Below, piece by piece: positions 18,218-28,628 of a stretch of 64,000 nt of DNA; positions within the stretch are counted from its first letter, which is position 1; every line of letters starts with the position of its first letter. Origin of the DNA: Calditrichales bacterium (lineage in GTDB: Bacteria > Calditrichota > Calditrichia > Calditrichales > J004); assembly GCA_965267575.1 (NCBI GenBank), contig OZ254086.1, positions 1,152,001-1,216,000 of the forward strand, given 5' to 3'. Under the pieces are notes generated by a model that was not told where the DNA came from, searched no databases, and saw nothing but the letters and a program-made list of their open reading frames with translations. Both the position numbers and the translations under genes were made by a program.

Positions 18218-21200
18218 ATGCGTCGTTTCCTGTTTGTTTTGCTTGTGCTTTTTATCGGATTTGCCATTGCCAAAAAACAGCCGGCCCACCGCCACCTGGA
18301 GATTTTGCCGCAAGAAGTTTTGGGTGAGCTTCAGCAATCTGCGCTTACCGTGCAAAGCCTGCCGATTATGGCAACGGGTTATTATCCGGCGCAAGGTTCC
18401 CCCGAGGAGATGGCCTGGCAGTACCTGGAAAATAATGCCTCGCGCCTGGGCATAAGCCGGCCGCAGGAAACGCTGAAACACTACGCCACGCGCCAAACAC
18501 TGGCCGGGCAGCGTGTCCGTTTTAAGCAGGCCTGGAAGGGATATCCCGTTTATGGCGCATCTGTGGTTGTCACAATTAATAACCGCGGCGAAGTCAGTTT
18601 TGTCAGCAATGGCACCCGCTCCCTGCCGACAGTTGTTGAAGCCGTAAAAATGACGCCGCAACAAGCCATCGACATGGCGCTGAAACACCTGGGCGCTTCA
18701 GCTGAAACCGATTTTCTGGAAGCGGAGACGGTTGTCTTTGCCTGGGGCAATGATGCTTTCCTTGCGCAGCGTGTCCGCGTGTTACCCAGGGACGGCGCGC
18801 GTGGTGACTGGGAATTTATAATCCATGGCGCGGACGGCCGCATTGTGCTGGCGCAAGACCGTGCCTGCTATGCCGGAGAGAATGATGGCCGCGGATGGGT
18901 CTACGATCCCGACCCGATCACACGTTCCGGCGCGGATTACGGCACGGGCGGGTTCCGCGACAACGGCGATAGCGACAGCGAGGCCCTTACCGCCCAGCTT
19001 GTGGAGGTCGATCTGCCGGTTACTTTTCAGGACAGCCTCTACCAGCTTAAAAGCCCGTATGCGCATATCGTTGATTACGAATCGCCGCTGACCGGCCTGC
19101 ACGCCCAGGACAGCGCGCACTTCTTTTTTACCCGCAGCCAGGACGGCTTTGAGGCCGCGAATGTCTTCTACCATATTCACCATTCCATGAAATATATAAA
19201 CGAAACGCTTGGCATTGCGCTGATGCCTTTTCAATATGAAGGCGGCGTGCGCTTTGATCCGCATGGCCTGAACGGCGAGGACAACGCCTGGTATGTCAGT
19301 TCGCGCGGTTACGTGGCCTTCGGGGACGGCGGCGTGGCCGATGCCGAAGACCATGATGTTGTCATCCATGAGCTGGGACATGGCATTCACGACTGGATCA
19401 CGGATGGCGCGCTTTCCCAAGTGGACGGTCTGAGCGAGGGCGCTTCGGACTATTGGGCGCAATCCTACAAACGCTCGCTGGGTTTTCTGCTGCCGGGCGA
19501 TGCCAAGTACGATTGGGTTTTCAGCTGGGACGGTCACAACGAATTCTGGGATGGCCGCATCACCAACACCAACGCGCACTACCCCGAGGACCTGGTTGAC
19601 CAGGTACACACAGACGGCCAGATGTGGTCGGCATCACTGATGCAGATATATGACCAAATCGGGCGCGAGGCTACGGATATACTGTTCCTGGAAGGCATGT
19701 CCATGCTCAACGAGCGCAGCAGCCAGCGCGATGCCGCCTACGCTTTCATCCAGGCCGATCGTGACCTCTACGGCGGCGCGCACCTGGATGTCATCCTGGA
19801 AGTGTTTGCCAACCGCGGCTACATCAGCGACCCCGTTACCGTGCTGTTTGATGCCGATAGAAGCGGCGGCCCGGCCGGAATGACCGTAAACTTTACCGAT
19901 TTTTCTTTTGCCTGGCCGGACACCATCACGAGCCGCGCCTGGGATTTTGACGCCGACGGCACTGTCGATTCAAACGAGAAAAACCCCTCCTTCACCTACA
20001 ACGAACCCGGCCTGTACAGCGTCATCCTCAGTGTATCGGACGGTAGCAACAGCAGCAGCGACACCTTATACGACTTTGTCTCGGTCAACGCCGGTGTTTA
20101 TGTCTGGGAAGGCGTTAAAAATAACAGCGCCAACAGCGGCGTCTACATCCGCGAAACGCTGGAGCGTATGGGGCTGCAACCGGCCTACTCGCGCTCGGAC
20201 AAGCTGCCTTCATCGCTCGTGGGCTACGACGCTGCCTTTCTGAGCTTTGGCAATCGCGGCAACGGCAGCCGCAGACTGGAAGACTCCACCGCGGCAATCA
20301 TAAAAAATTACTTAAAAAGCGGCGGTTACCTCTACATGGATGGCGGCGACATACTGGGCCATGACCGCGCCTCCGACGGGGAACTGCTGCAGCTGCTGGG
20401 CCTGGAAAGCGTGGAAGACGGACAGACGACGCCTGTCACCATGTTGCGGGGCAGCGCGGGCAGCCTGGCGGATTCGCTTGAGTTTCGCGGCTCCGGGCAG
20501 GGCTCTTTCAGTTCTATTGATCGTTACACGGCCCAAAGCTCCGGCGATCTGTTGTTTGAGCAGCCGGGGTACGGGACAGTGGCCGTGGCCCACGAAGATT
20601 CCGCGGGTCACAGGAGCGTTGTTTTCAGCTACGCCATGGGCGCTTTGGCCGACAGCCTTTTTCCGCATACGCGTGAGGACCTGCTTTTCCGCATTGCGCA
20701 GTTTTTTGAACTGGAGACATCACCTCTGGCCCGTTTCAGCGTATCGCCCAACAGCGGTCATGCGCCGCATACGGCCATTTTTTACGACCAATCGCTGATT
20801 GCCGGCAGCAAGGATAATTTAACCTGGAGCTGGGACCTGGATGGCGACGGCCAGGACGATGCCATGGGGCAGCAGGCGCAATTCACCTTTGATGAGGCCG
20901 GTCGCTATGACGTCCGCTTGACCCTGCAGGATAACGGCACGCCATACAGCAATACCGTGCCGCAGGCCGTGCGCGTCTTCAACGGCGAGAGCGCCCTGCG
21001 TTTCAGCAACCAGTATTTTGAGGCGCAGGCCGACAGCCTCAACATCACTGAGGCGCTGACGATCGAGTTCTGGTTTTACCCAGAGGATTGGGGGCCGGAG
21101 AGCAACGGCAACGCGCGTATTCTGGATAAGGAGTATCTGCGTGTTTTCCTGAGCAAAAACCGCTTTGCCCGTTACAACGCCGAAAGCCTGGTTTTCTACA

Positions 21201-21949
21201 TGGAGCACGACAGCAGTACCAGCATGTACAGCACGCCGGCCAACACGATCGCGCTGAATGAATGGCAGCACGTTGCCATCACGTATGACGGCGCCACGTC
21301 ACAGCCGCGCATCTATCTGAACGGTGAAGAGCAAACCGTCAAGCGGCTCTTTTCCGACGCCGAGGGCCCGATCAAAAATCACGGCGAATTTCCGCTTTAC
21401 CTGGGTATGGCACAGGACGGCTCCAAGCAGTTCAGCGGCGCTATCGATGAGCTGCGTTTCTGGAATGTGGCGCGCACGCCGCAACAAATAGCCGAGCACT
21501 GGAACCGCTACCAGCCGCAGGAACGAGACGGCCTGGTGGCCTACTGGCAAATGAACGAAGCCTTCGGTGATACCCTGACGGATCTTAGCAACGGGATCAG
21601 TGCCATCGTGCGCAAAGCGGAGTGGGTGGAGGGAAAACCCGACCTGCTGCCCGTGCCGCTGTTAGCAGAAAATGCCAACCGCCTGAAGCAATTCAAGCTC
21701 TACGCCAACTATCCCAATCCGTTTAACCCGCAAACCACGGTGCGCTATGATGTGCCGCGGGCCGGCGACGTAACTCTTGCGCTTTTCGACGTTCTTGGCA
21801 GGCGGGTTAAAACGCTGGTAAGCGGCAGGCACAACCCGGGCTCATATAAAATCGTTGTGGACGGGTCGAGGCTTTCCAGCGGTATTTATTATCTTCGCAT
21901 GCAGGCCGGTACTTTTATGGAAACGCGCAAAGCGGTGTTGATTAAGTAA
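18218..21949 (+). CDS. Secreted gluzincin metallopeptidase (M4/M36-like) with propeptide, two PKD domains, LamG domain and sorting domain
   Basis: HELGH and GLSEGASDY; WDFDADG and WDLDGDG PKD motifs; WQHVAITYDG...GAIDELRFWN; NYPNPFNP tail. Confidence 0.88.
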   Translation: MRRFLFVLLVLFIGFAIAKKQPAHRHLEILPQEVLGELQQSALTVQSLPIMATGYYPAQGSPEEMAWQYLENNASRLGISRPQETLKHYATRQTLAGQRVRFKQAWKGYPVYGASVVVTINNRGEVSFVSNGTRSLPTVVEAVKMTPQQAIDMALKHLGASAETDFLEAETVVFAWGNDAFLAQRVRVLPRDGARGDWEFIIHGADGRIVLAQDRACYAGENDGRGWVYDPDPITRSGADYGTGGFRDNGDSDSEALTAQLVEVDLPVTFQDSLYQLKSPYAHIVDYESPLTGLHAQDSAHFFFTRSQDGFEAANVFYHIHHSMKYINETLGIALMPFQYEGGVRFDPHGLNGEDNAWYVSSRGYVAFGDGGVADAEDHDVVIHELGHGIHDWITDGALSQVDGLSEGASDYWAQSYKRSLGFLLPGDAKYDWVFSWDGHNEFWDGRITNTNAHYPEDLVDQVHTDGQMWSASLMQIYDQIGREATDILFLEGMSMLNERSSQRDAAYAFIQADRDLYGGAHLDVILEVFANRGYISDPVTVLFDADRSGGPAGMTVNFTDFSFAWPDTITSRAWDFDADGTVDSNEKNPSFTYNEPGLYSVILSVSDGSNSSSDTLYDFVSVNAGVYVWEGVKNNSANSGVYIRETLERMGLQPAYSRSDKLPSSLVGYDAAFLSFGNRGNGSRRLEDSTAAIIKNYLKSGGYLYMDGGDILGHDRASDGELLQLLGLESVEDGQTTPVTMLRGSAGSLADSLEFRGSGQGSFSSIDRYTAQSSGDLLFEQPGYGTVAVAHEDSAGHRSVVFSYAMGALADSLFPHTREDLLFRIAQFFELETSPLARFSVSPNSGHAPHTAIFYDQSLIAGSKDNLTWSWDLDGDGQDDAMGQQAQFTFDEAGRYDVRLTLQDNGTPYSNTVPQAVRVFNGESALRFSNQYFEAQADSLNITEALTIEFWFYPEDWGPESNGNARILDKEYLRVFLSKNRFARYNAESLVFYMEHDSSTSMYSTPANTIALNEWQHVAITYDGATSQPRIYLNGEEQTVKRLFSDAEGPIKNHGEFPLYLGMAQDGSKQFSGAIDELRFWNVARTPQQIAEHWNRYQPQERDGLVAYWQMNEAFGDTLTDLSNGISAIVRKAEWVEGKPDLLPVPLLAENANRLKQFKLYANYPNPFNPQTTVRYDVPRAGDVTLALFDVLGRRVKTLVSGRHNPGSYKIVVDGSRLSSGIYYLRMQAGTFMETRKAVLIK

Positions 21950-22018
21950 CATTTTTGGGTGCCTGGACAAAACGCATCAGGCAAGGAGACGTAAAATTAA
22001 ATCGCTTGCGGTTGGTTA

Positions 22019-22087
22019 CAGGCCCACTAGGGCCGACATGTCATAGAAAAGCACAACACCCAATATGTCTCAAGCCCCTTCGGGGCG
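22019..22087. repeat. Double-hairpin intergenic repeat (family V), copy 2
   Basis: CAGGCCC-acta-GGGCCGA...CATAGAA...AAGCCCC-ttc-GGGGCG. Confidence 0.6.
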
Positions 22088-22257
22088 ATAGCCGAAAAAA
22101 CGCAACGCTCGCAGCGATGCTGTTTATTCAATTGGCGCTGATATACCTGCTATGACAGAACGCATGATTCTGAATATGAAAAAAATTTAATCCACTCTGT
22201 AAGAAAAACGGCTCTCCTTGTACTAAACAGGTAAACACACAAAACAAGGAGAAAGCC

Positions 22258-23163
22258 ATGTGCAGCAACAAGCGTTCTTTCGCTTCTTTTTTTATCCCTT
22301 TTTATATCATACTTGTTTTCCTGGTGATGGGCCGGGGCAAAGAGGCCTCGCCTTTTCAGGTGGAGGTTTACGGAACGGGCCAACCCATGCTGCTCTTGCC
22401 GGGAGCGCTTTGCTCCGGTGAGGTCTGGGATGAGACCGTGGAGTATTATAAGGACCGTTACCAGCTTCATGTAATTACCCTGGCCGGTTACGCCGGCACG
22501 GAGCCGCTGGCCGACGGCCCCTATCTTGAAACCTACAAAAGCGCTATTATTCAATACATTTATGACAATGATCTGCGCGATGTCATTCTTTTGGGCCACT
22601 CGCTGGGCGGCTTCCTGAGCATGTGGATCGGTTCGGAGATGGAGTCGCGGCTGGACAGGATAATGATCGTGGACGCGCTGCCTTTTCTGGCGCAGGTGTT
22701 TAATCCGGCAGCCACAGCTGGTTTTGATTCATCACGGGCCGAGGCTTATTTGCAGGCTAACACGTCCGCAGATGAACAGCAACTGGAGCAAAGCAAGCGC
22801 ATGGTCCTGGCTTCGATGATCAGCGATCCGCAGCGGATAGAGCAGGCCCTTACCTGGAGCTTGTCCAGCGACCCGCGTACCGAGGCCTACTCGATGACCG
22901 AGCTGATGAGCACCGATCTGCGTGATACAATCGCAGCCATAAAAGTGCCCGTGCTGGTGCTGGCCGCTTTTGTAGGAGAAAATCCGCAGATGCCGCAGTA
23001 CACGCGTGAAAGTACACGGCAGGTCTACGCGGCACAGTACAAGGCTGTAAACAATCTGACCCTGCATGTGGCCGATGGCGCACGCCATTTCATCATGTGG
23101 GATGATCCCGAGTGGTATTTTGAAAAAACAGACGCCTTTCTGGGCACCTACTCAAACCAGTAA
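22258..23163 (+). CDS. Exported alpha/beta hydrolase
   Basis: GHSLGG nucleophile elbow; ARHFIMWD catalytic His. Confidence 0.88.
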   Translation: MCSNKRSFASFFIPFYIILVFLVMGRGKEASPFQVEVYGTGQPMLLLPGALCSGEVWDETVEYYKDRYQLHVITLAGYAGTEPLADGPYLETYKSAIIQYIYDNDLRDVILLGHSLGGFLSMWIGSEMESRLDRIMIVDALPFLAQVFNPAATAGFDSSRAEAYLQANTSADEQQLEQSKRMVLASMISDPQRIEQALTWSLSSDPRTEAYSMTELMSTDLRDTIAAIKVPVLVLAAFVGENPQMPQYTRESTRQVYAAQYKAVNNLTLHVADGARHFIMWDDPEWYFEKTDAFLGTYSNQ

Positions 23164-23174
23164 CAAAGAGCGCC

Positions 23175-23678
23175 ATGAAGAGCCGGGAAGAATTATTCAG
23201 GGAATTGCTGGAAGCCAACAACGACCGCATCGGGCGTATCTGTAAAGTGTACGCGGGTGACAGTGCCGATGACCTGTACCAGGAAATCGCCATCGCCGTC
23301 TGGCAGAGCATGCAGCGTTTCCGTGAAGATTCTTCCTGGCATACCTATATCTACCGTATCGCGCTCAACACAGCGCTGACCTTCGGCAAAAAGCAAAAAC
23401 GCCAAAAGGGCAATGCCGCCCCGCTACCCGAAGAAATCGCCGATGACACTAGTGGGAAGCTCGAAAAACTGGAAACGGAAAAACGGATGCGCCGGCTTTA
23501 CCGGGCCATCGGCCGGCTTCCGGATGACGACAAGGCGCTTATAACGCTCTACCTGGAAGACATGAGCTACAATGAAATCGCCGACATTACCGGCATCAGC
23601 GTCAACCACGTTGGTGTAAAAATCCACCGCCTGAAAAACCGTTTATCGCAAATGATCAGGATGCACAATGATGAGTGA
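23175..23678 (+). CDS. ECF-type RNA polymerase sigma factor
   Basis: DDLYQEI...TYIYRIALN (region 2); MSYNEIADITGIS...VGVKIHR (region 4). Confidence 0.93.
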   Translation: MKSREELFRELLEANNDRIGRICKVYAGDSADDLYQEIAIAVWQSMQRFREDSSWHTYIYRIALNTALTFGKKQKRQKGNAAPLPEEIADDTSGKLEKLETEKRMRRLYRAIGRLPDDDKALITLYLEDMSYNEIADITGISVNHVGVKIHRLKNRLSQMIRMHNDE

Positions 23679-24285
23679 TATGTTTGATGATCTGAAAAAG
23701 AACTGGCAAAAATCCACAGCGATGCCGGCGCTGAACGAGGCGCGTTACCGCGCGCTTCTGGAAAAGGCGCGAGGAAGCTATCGTTCCTACCGCCGTAAAA
23801 TTTTACGTGAAACCATTATGGTTACCGTTTCTTTTGTCATCACCTTTGCCGTATTCATCTGGATATGGCTGGCCTTCCCGGATCGCAGCGCCTGGTTTTA
23901 CAGCGGCATCCTTACCATCAGCGCCATCATGGTTGTCTACAACACCCTGTTCTGGCTGACCATCCGCAGCCAGAAAAAGGAAAACACGCTGGAAACACGG
24001 CAATTTGTCCAAGATGTTATCAAGAGGTTGCGATTACGCCTGCGCATTATGCACGTCGGGGTGCCCGTTTACACTGTCCTGCTGGCCATAGAGCTTACGC
24101 TTTATTACATGGATTTTGCCTACCGTTTTAACTGGTGGCAGAACCTGTTGCTGTTTGGTGTAACTTACGTCTATGCCTTTGGCATAACCTGGTTTTTCTA
24201 CCGCAAAAAAGAAAACGAACGCAACAGCGTCAAGAATCAGATCGCCGATTGGGAGGCACTGTTGCCTGAGCGCAAGGAACACTAA
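23668..24285 (+). CDS. Four-TM membrane protein, probable anti-sigma factor
   Basis: Overlaps the ECF gene; N-terminal DDLKKNWQ; four hydrophobic segments. Confidence 0.7.
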   Translation: MMSDMFDDLKKNWQKSTAMPALNEARYRALLEKARGSYRSYRRKILRETIMVTVSFVITFAVFIWIWLAFPDRSAWFYSGILTISAIMVVYNTLFWLTIRSQKKENTLETRQFVQDVIKRLRLRLRIMHVGVPVYTVLLAIELTLYYMDFAYRFNWWQNLLLFGVTYVYAFGITWFFYRKKENERNSVKNQIADWEALLPERKEH

Positions 24286-24362
24286 AAAGGCCCGTTTTTA
24301 GGCGGGCCATATTTCTTGCCATTAAACCTTGGGTTAAACTTTGCATTTATCCAGACTGTTGC

Positions 24363-24482
24363 AGACAACCCCTTAGTCCCCTTTTTTAAGGGTAAACAAT
24401 TTCTTCTCAGCTTAAAATCCGTCTTATTAATCACGATTACCCCCGGGTAGTTCCCCCTTAACAAGGGGGTAGGAGGTTGTCT
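24363..24482. repeat. Inverted pair of CCCCTT..AAGGG(G) palindromes (family III) between convergent genes
   Basis: AGACAACCCCTTAGTCCCCTTTTTTAAGGG ... TCCCCCTTAACAAGGGGGTAGGAGGTTGTCT. Confidence 0.7.
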
Positions 24483-24496
24483 TTCACTCAGCAAGC

Positions 24497-25678
24497 TCAC
24501 TTCAAAAGCAGCATCTTGCGCGTAAGGTTAACGCCGTTGCCGCTCAGCCTGTAAAAATAAACCCCGCTTGGCAGGCCGGACGCGTTGAAAGCCACCGTAT
24601 GTTCACCCGCCGCCAGACGTCCTTCGGAAAGACGCGCCACGATACGCCCGTTGCCGTCATAAACCTGCAAGGCAATCTCTGCCGCTTTGGGCAGGTAAAA
24701 GCCGATTGTCGTCTGCGGGTTGAAAGGATTCGGGTAGTTGGCATGGAGCCTTATATCGCTGGGCAGATTCGGCTTTAGATCATCACCAATCGAAACGGCC
24801 GTGCCCTGCGGGACGATCTCTTCAACGATATCCACGGAAGCCGAATTGGAATCGATGCCACCAAGAACATAGAGCCCGCCTTCATATTCCGCCGTGGCCA
24901 TCCAGTGCCTCTTTCCGCTGATCTCCAGGCTGTCCAGTTTCCAGGTATTGCTTTCGATATCGTACACGATAACGCTTCTGTAATGCGCGGAAGAGTTGCC
25001 ATTCAGATTCCCTCCAACACAGTAAACATCGTCATTGATGATGCCCATGGCGGCGGCGCCCACCTGGTAAAGCGACTTGGACAATGCAGTCCAGTTGTCA
25101 GTTGCCGGTGTATATTTCATAAATACGGAATCGTTATAACCAATCACATAAACTTCATCCTGAAACAGAACCGAACTGAGATCGCGCGTCCCGGAGACAC
25201 CGGCATTGGTTTTGGTCGTCCATTCATTCAAGCTGATGCTGTACTCGAACACATTTCCTGCCGGGTCAAACAGGTAAATAAATCCATCAAGGTATTCCGC
25301 GGAAACTCCCCAGTCGTAGGTGTTGGGGCTTTCCGCCAGGTCGGTAGTCCAGTTGCCCGTCGGGATATGATATTTTCTGTTTCTGGCCTGGCCGTCATTC
25401 CAGCCGCTCAACAGGTAAACTTCATCTCCAACCAGCACGGTTTCCACATCCCACATGTAGTAGTCCGGGATGCTGTCGTGGTAGGCCCATTGCTGTCCGT
25501 CAAATTTATAAATGCGCGGATAGAGGACGCTGCCTCCCCAATTGTTGGATCCGCCAAAATAATAAATATTGCTGTTGTGTACTTCCGCCGAGCCGGCCCC
25601 GATGGGTATGGGCAAAGGCGGCAATTCCTGGGCCGCGAGAAAACAAAAAGCTAACAAAGAAAACGTAAACGATCGCAT
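24497..25678 (-). CDS. Secreted Kelch-repeat protein with sorting domain
   Basis: IYYFGGS, VYCVGGN, LYVLGGI Kelch motifs; RBS GGAGG before ATG 25678; NYPNPFNP tail. Confidence 0.88.
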   Translation of the reverse strand: MRSFTFSLLAFCFLAAQELPPLPIPIGAGSAEVHNSNIYYFGGSNNWGGSVLYPRIYKFDGQQWAYHDSIPDYYMWDVETVLVGDEVYLLSGWNDGQARNRKYHIPTGNWTTDLAESPNTYDWGVSAEYLDGFIYLFDPAGNVFEYSISLNEWTTKTNAGVSGTRDLSSVLFQDEVYVIGYNDSVFMKYTPATDNWTALSKSLYQVGAAAMGIINDDVYCVGGNLNGNSSAHYRSVIVYDIESNTWKLDSLEISGKRHWMATAEYEGGLYVLGGIDSNSASVDIVEEIVPQGTAVSIGDDLKPNLPSDIRLHANYPNPFNPQTTIGFYLPKAAEIALQVYDGNGRIVARLSEGRLAAGEHTVAFNASGLPSGVYFYRLSGNGVNLTRKMLLLK

Positions 25679-25797
25679 TGTGACCTCCTTATTATACAAC
25701 GAAGAAGGTGCAGCTACGCAAGATTTCCGGCGGTGAGATAAAGCAAATTTTTGAGCTAAATTTCCCACTTCACCAAAAACAGCGTTCTTTAAAGCCT

Positions 25798-27132
25798 CTA
25801 CTTCAACAGCAACATTTTGCGCGACAGCATTTGCCCTTCGCTGCGCAGGCGATAAATATAAATGCCCCCTGCCAGATTGTTTCCATGCCGGTCGCGGCCA
25901 TTCCAGGTAACACTGTGTTGTCCTGCCGATAGAACAGCGTTTTCAAGCAGCGCCACACGGCGACCAAGCAGATCATACACGGTCAGCTCGGTATGGGCGG
26001 TTTTGGGCAGAGTGAAGCGTATTTCCGTGGTTGGGTTAAAGGGGTTGGGGAAATTTTGATAAAGCTGCAGGCTGCGCGGTAAAAACCGGCCTCTGTCCGC
26101 GATGGCCGTCGCCGAAGCATCATAGCGGTAGAGCGTGCGTCCCGCCGCGTAACCCAGCGTATCGCCAAAAAAGCGCAAGCGGTTCACGCGTGATCCAAAT
26201 TCCGCGGAATACCAGGTTTCGCCGCCATCAACGGTTTCGTAAGTGGGAAAGCTGCTGTTGCCGCCAATCCAGCCGACGGAATCGGTGATGAAGCCGATGC
26301 CCTGCACAAAATAGTAGTCGCTGGAAAAAAGCTTCTCTTCCCAGGTCTCCCCGCCGTCCGTCGTTTTAAGAAAATAGATGGGCGCGCTGTAGTTGCGCTG
26401 CAACGATACATAGCCCACGCTGTCCGACGGGAAGGAGATCTTCCAGCACCACTCACCCGTGCGCGTTGTTTTAAAATGCTTGTACCAGCTTTGCCCGCCA
26501 TCGGTGGTGGCCAGAATAATGCCGCTGGATTGCTGGTGGTCGCTGTTGCTGAGCCCAACGGCAATGCCCGTATCGGGGTTTAGAAAATGGACATCGATCA
26601 GACCCGCGGCCAGGTGGTTAAGATCTTTGGAAAACCAGCTTTTGCCGCCATCGTTACTGCGGACAAAGTAGGCCGGGCCCCTTACACGGCCCACCGCGCA
26701 AATCGTGGAATCGTTCAGCACTTGCATGCCGCACAGCCCCGCTGGAGTTGGTCCGTCAAACAGGTTGGGCCAGGGCTGCCATTGCTGCCCGCCGTTTTCG
26801 GTATAGTAAAGCACGGTTGTGTCCGTGGCGCCAAACTCGCCATCACCGACAGTGCCCGCCCAGCCCTGCCGGCTGTTAAAAAAACCCACGCTGCGAAAAT
26901 GCGTTTCCAGATTGGTCTGGTCCTGATCCAGTTGCAGAAACCAGCTTGTGCCGCCGTTGTCCGTACGGTAAATCTGGCCCCAGCCGTTTACGGCCCAGCC
27001 GCTGTCCGGCGCGGTAAAATAGATATCATTATAGCGTGAAACGACGGTGGCGCCGGGCAGCTCCTGCCAGGTACCATCGCTTTGGGCGTAGACGGATGTG
27101 ACGGTAATAAGTAAAACGGCCAGCACGCGCAT
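25798..27132 (-). CDS. Secreted YCF48/BNR-type propeller protein with FlgD-type sorting domain
   Basis: Repeated T[DE][ND]GGxxW; NFPNPFNP...WNGRD...KMLLLK. Confidence 0.88.
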   Translation of the reverse strand: MRVLAVLLITVTSVYAQSDGTWQELPGATVVSRYNDIYFTAPDSGWAVNGWGQIYRTDNGGTSWFLQLDQDQTNLETHFRSVGFFNSRQGWAGTVGDGEFGATDTTVLYYTENGGQQWQPWPNLFDGPTPAGLCGMQVLNDSTICAVGRVRGPAYFVRSNDGGKSWFSKDLNHLAAGLIDVHFLNPDTGIAVGLSNSDHQQSSGIILATTDGGQSWYKHFKTTRTGEWCWKISFPSDSVGYVSLQRNYSAPIYFLKTTDGGETWEEKLFSSDYYFVQGIGFITDSVGWIGGNSSFPTYETVDGGETWYSAEFGSRVNRLRFFGDTLGYAAGRTLYRYDASATAIADRGRFLPRSLQLYQNFPNPFNPTTEIRFTLPKTAHTELTVYDLLGRRVALLENAVLSAGQHSVTWNGRDRHGNNLAGGIYIYRLRSEGQMLSRKMLLLK

Positions 27133-27230
27133 GGGGAAGTCCTTCCGTTTAAGAATAAATGTTTACGAGAGATGAGTGCAATCGTATAAAAATTAAACGT
27201 TTTTTCCAAACGGAATATGGCGGGAGGGGA

Positions 27231-27398
27231 AAATCGATAAATCGGTTGCGGGAGCCGCGTTTATGCTCAAACCCACGACTGGAAGTCGTGGGTTAATACT
27301 TCAAGCCTGCTTTGCCATAACGGGAAATAAGCTTAGCCAATGATTTTACTAATGGGCTTTTAGGAACTTGGCAAAATGGCGAACCGCATTATGGGTTT
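27231..27398. repeat. Degenerate distal copy of the composite REP/REPIN-like unit (family I)
   Basis: AAATCGATAAATCGGTT, then CCCACGACTGGAAGTCGTGGGTTAA, then decayed inverted halves. Confidence 0.7.
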
Positions 27399-27403
27399 TG
27401 TGC

Positions 27404-27901
27404 CTATTTAAGCTGGTTGATCTTTTCCACGATTTGTCCCAGCACAGCGTTATCAAGCCGTGTAACAGCAGTTTGCAGGTGCTTTTTGCCGGCCTTGTCG
27501 AACACGAGGATGTTGCAGTGTTCTTCCTTCATAGTGTAGGTGTTGGCAAACTTACCGTCCCAATCAAGCAGCACCCAATTTTCCTTTTCATCGGGCATAA
27601 AGCCACGCACGATAGCCTTCATAAAAAAGGGCACGCCCTGCACATCGGCCACACCGATAAAGGCGATATCACCGTCACGCTCGTTAAGCGCCAGCGAGTC
27701 GATCAGGGCAGTGATCCATTCGCGGTTGTACTCGCTGCCTTCGCGGTCACTGGCAATCACCACGGCCACCTGCCCGCGGAACTGTTCGCGGTTGTACTCA
27801 CGCTTAAACTGGTCTTCCATTTCGAATTGAATGAGGCTGTCGCCTTCAGCGGCCATAAGCAGGCTCCCGGTTAACAGAAACATCAGCATATATTTGATCA
27901 C
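27404..27901 (-). CDS. Exported thioredoxin-like-fold (YtfJ-like) protein lacking CxxC
   Basis: Signal peptide; FEMEDQF, VLLDWDG, ILVFDKAGK pattern. Confidence 0.6.
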   Translation of the reverse strand: MIKYMLMFLLTGSLLMAAEGDSLIQFEMEDQFKREYNREQFRGQVAVVIASDREGSEYNREWITALIDSLALNERDGDIAFIGVADVQGVPFFMKAIVRGFMPDEKENWVLLDWDGKFANTYTMKEEHCNILVFDKAGKKHLQTAVTRLDNAVLGQIVEKINQLK

Positions 27902-27991
27902 AATACTTTCTCCGTTTCATACATTTGTTTTTCTGGCGTCTTAAAATCCTATCATCTATTTTTGGGGCTGTTTTATTCCTGAGAGAGAAAT

Positions 27992-28459
27992 ATGTTAAAC
28001 AGTTTTGAATTGTTCAGGCCTCAACGCGTGGCGCCGGCAACCCCCTTGGAGCGCGTTGGCGACATCCTGCAGTATGCTTTGCCCTGGGCGGCTTTGCTGG
28101 CCGTGGCGCTCACGGGTCACGTGCGTGGCGCGCAAATCTGGCTGTGGAGCGGCGCGCTGAATGCGCTGTTAACCCATCTTCTGAAATATCTGTTCAACTT
28201 TACCGGCCTGGGCCGGCGTCCCGATGGCGGAGCGTTCAGTTTTCCCAGCGGCCACACGTCTAGCGCGTTTATGGGAGCCGCCTTTTTCTTTTTTTATTTT
28301 GGTATGAATGTCTGGGTTCTGCTGGCCGTTTTGCTGGCGGGACTTACCGCCTACAGCCGCGTGGAAGCAGGCCGCCACTACTGGCGTGATGTCATCGCCG
28401 GCGCGATCCTAGCAACGCTTATTGTCTGGCTGGTTTTTCGCACGGCAGGGATGTTTTGA
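27992..28459 (+). CDS. PAP2-family membrane phosphatase (LpxE-like)
   Basis: K...RP, SFPSGHTS and SRVEAGRHYWRDV motifs. Confidence 0.88.
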   Translation: MLNSFELFRPQRVAPATPLERVGDILQYALPWAALLAVALTGHVRGAQIWLWSGALNALLTHLLKYLFNFTGLGRRPDGGAFSFPSGHTSSAFMGAAFFFFYFGMNVWVLLAVLLAGLTAYSRVEAGRHYWRDVIAGAILATLIVWLVFRTAGMF

Positions 28460-28467
28460 TTGGTTTT

Positions 28468-28527
28468 GGTCCGGGGGTCTAGAGGTCTTGATGTCTTGTG
28501 GTCATGGAGTCTTGGGGTCACGGAGTC
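28468..28527. repeat. Degenerate 8-mer tandem repeat (NGTCNNGN)
   Basis: ggtccggg ggtctaga ggtcttga tgtcttgt ggtcatgg agtcttgg ggtcacgg agtc. Confidence 0.8.
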
Positions 28528-28572
28528 AAAAAGCCTGCGCCCACGAGCCGGTTAAACCCAACGTCTGTGTCC

Positions 28573-28597
28573 GGACATAGCGCTGCTATGTCTCTAC
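28573..28597 (-). repeat. GTAG-type REP-like palindrome (family IV)
   Basis: Minus strand reads GTAG-AGACATAGC-AGC-GCTATGTCC. Confidence 0.55.
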
Positions 28598-28628
28598 ATC
28601 AAATTTGGCGCATCCGGGTCTTATAAAC

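Noticed and set aside
22198-22226. ECF promoter TGTAAG-N17-TACTAA upstream of the hydrolase-sigma-anti-sigma operon
   Set aside because: Plausible, but I cannot match it to a consensus with confidence from a single instance.
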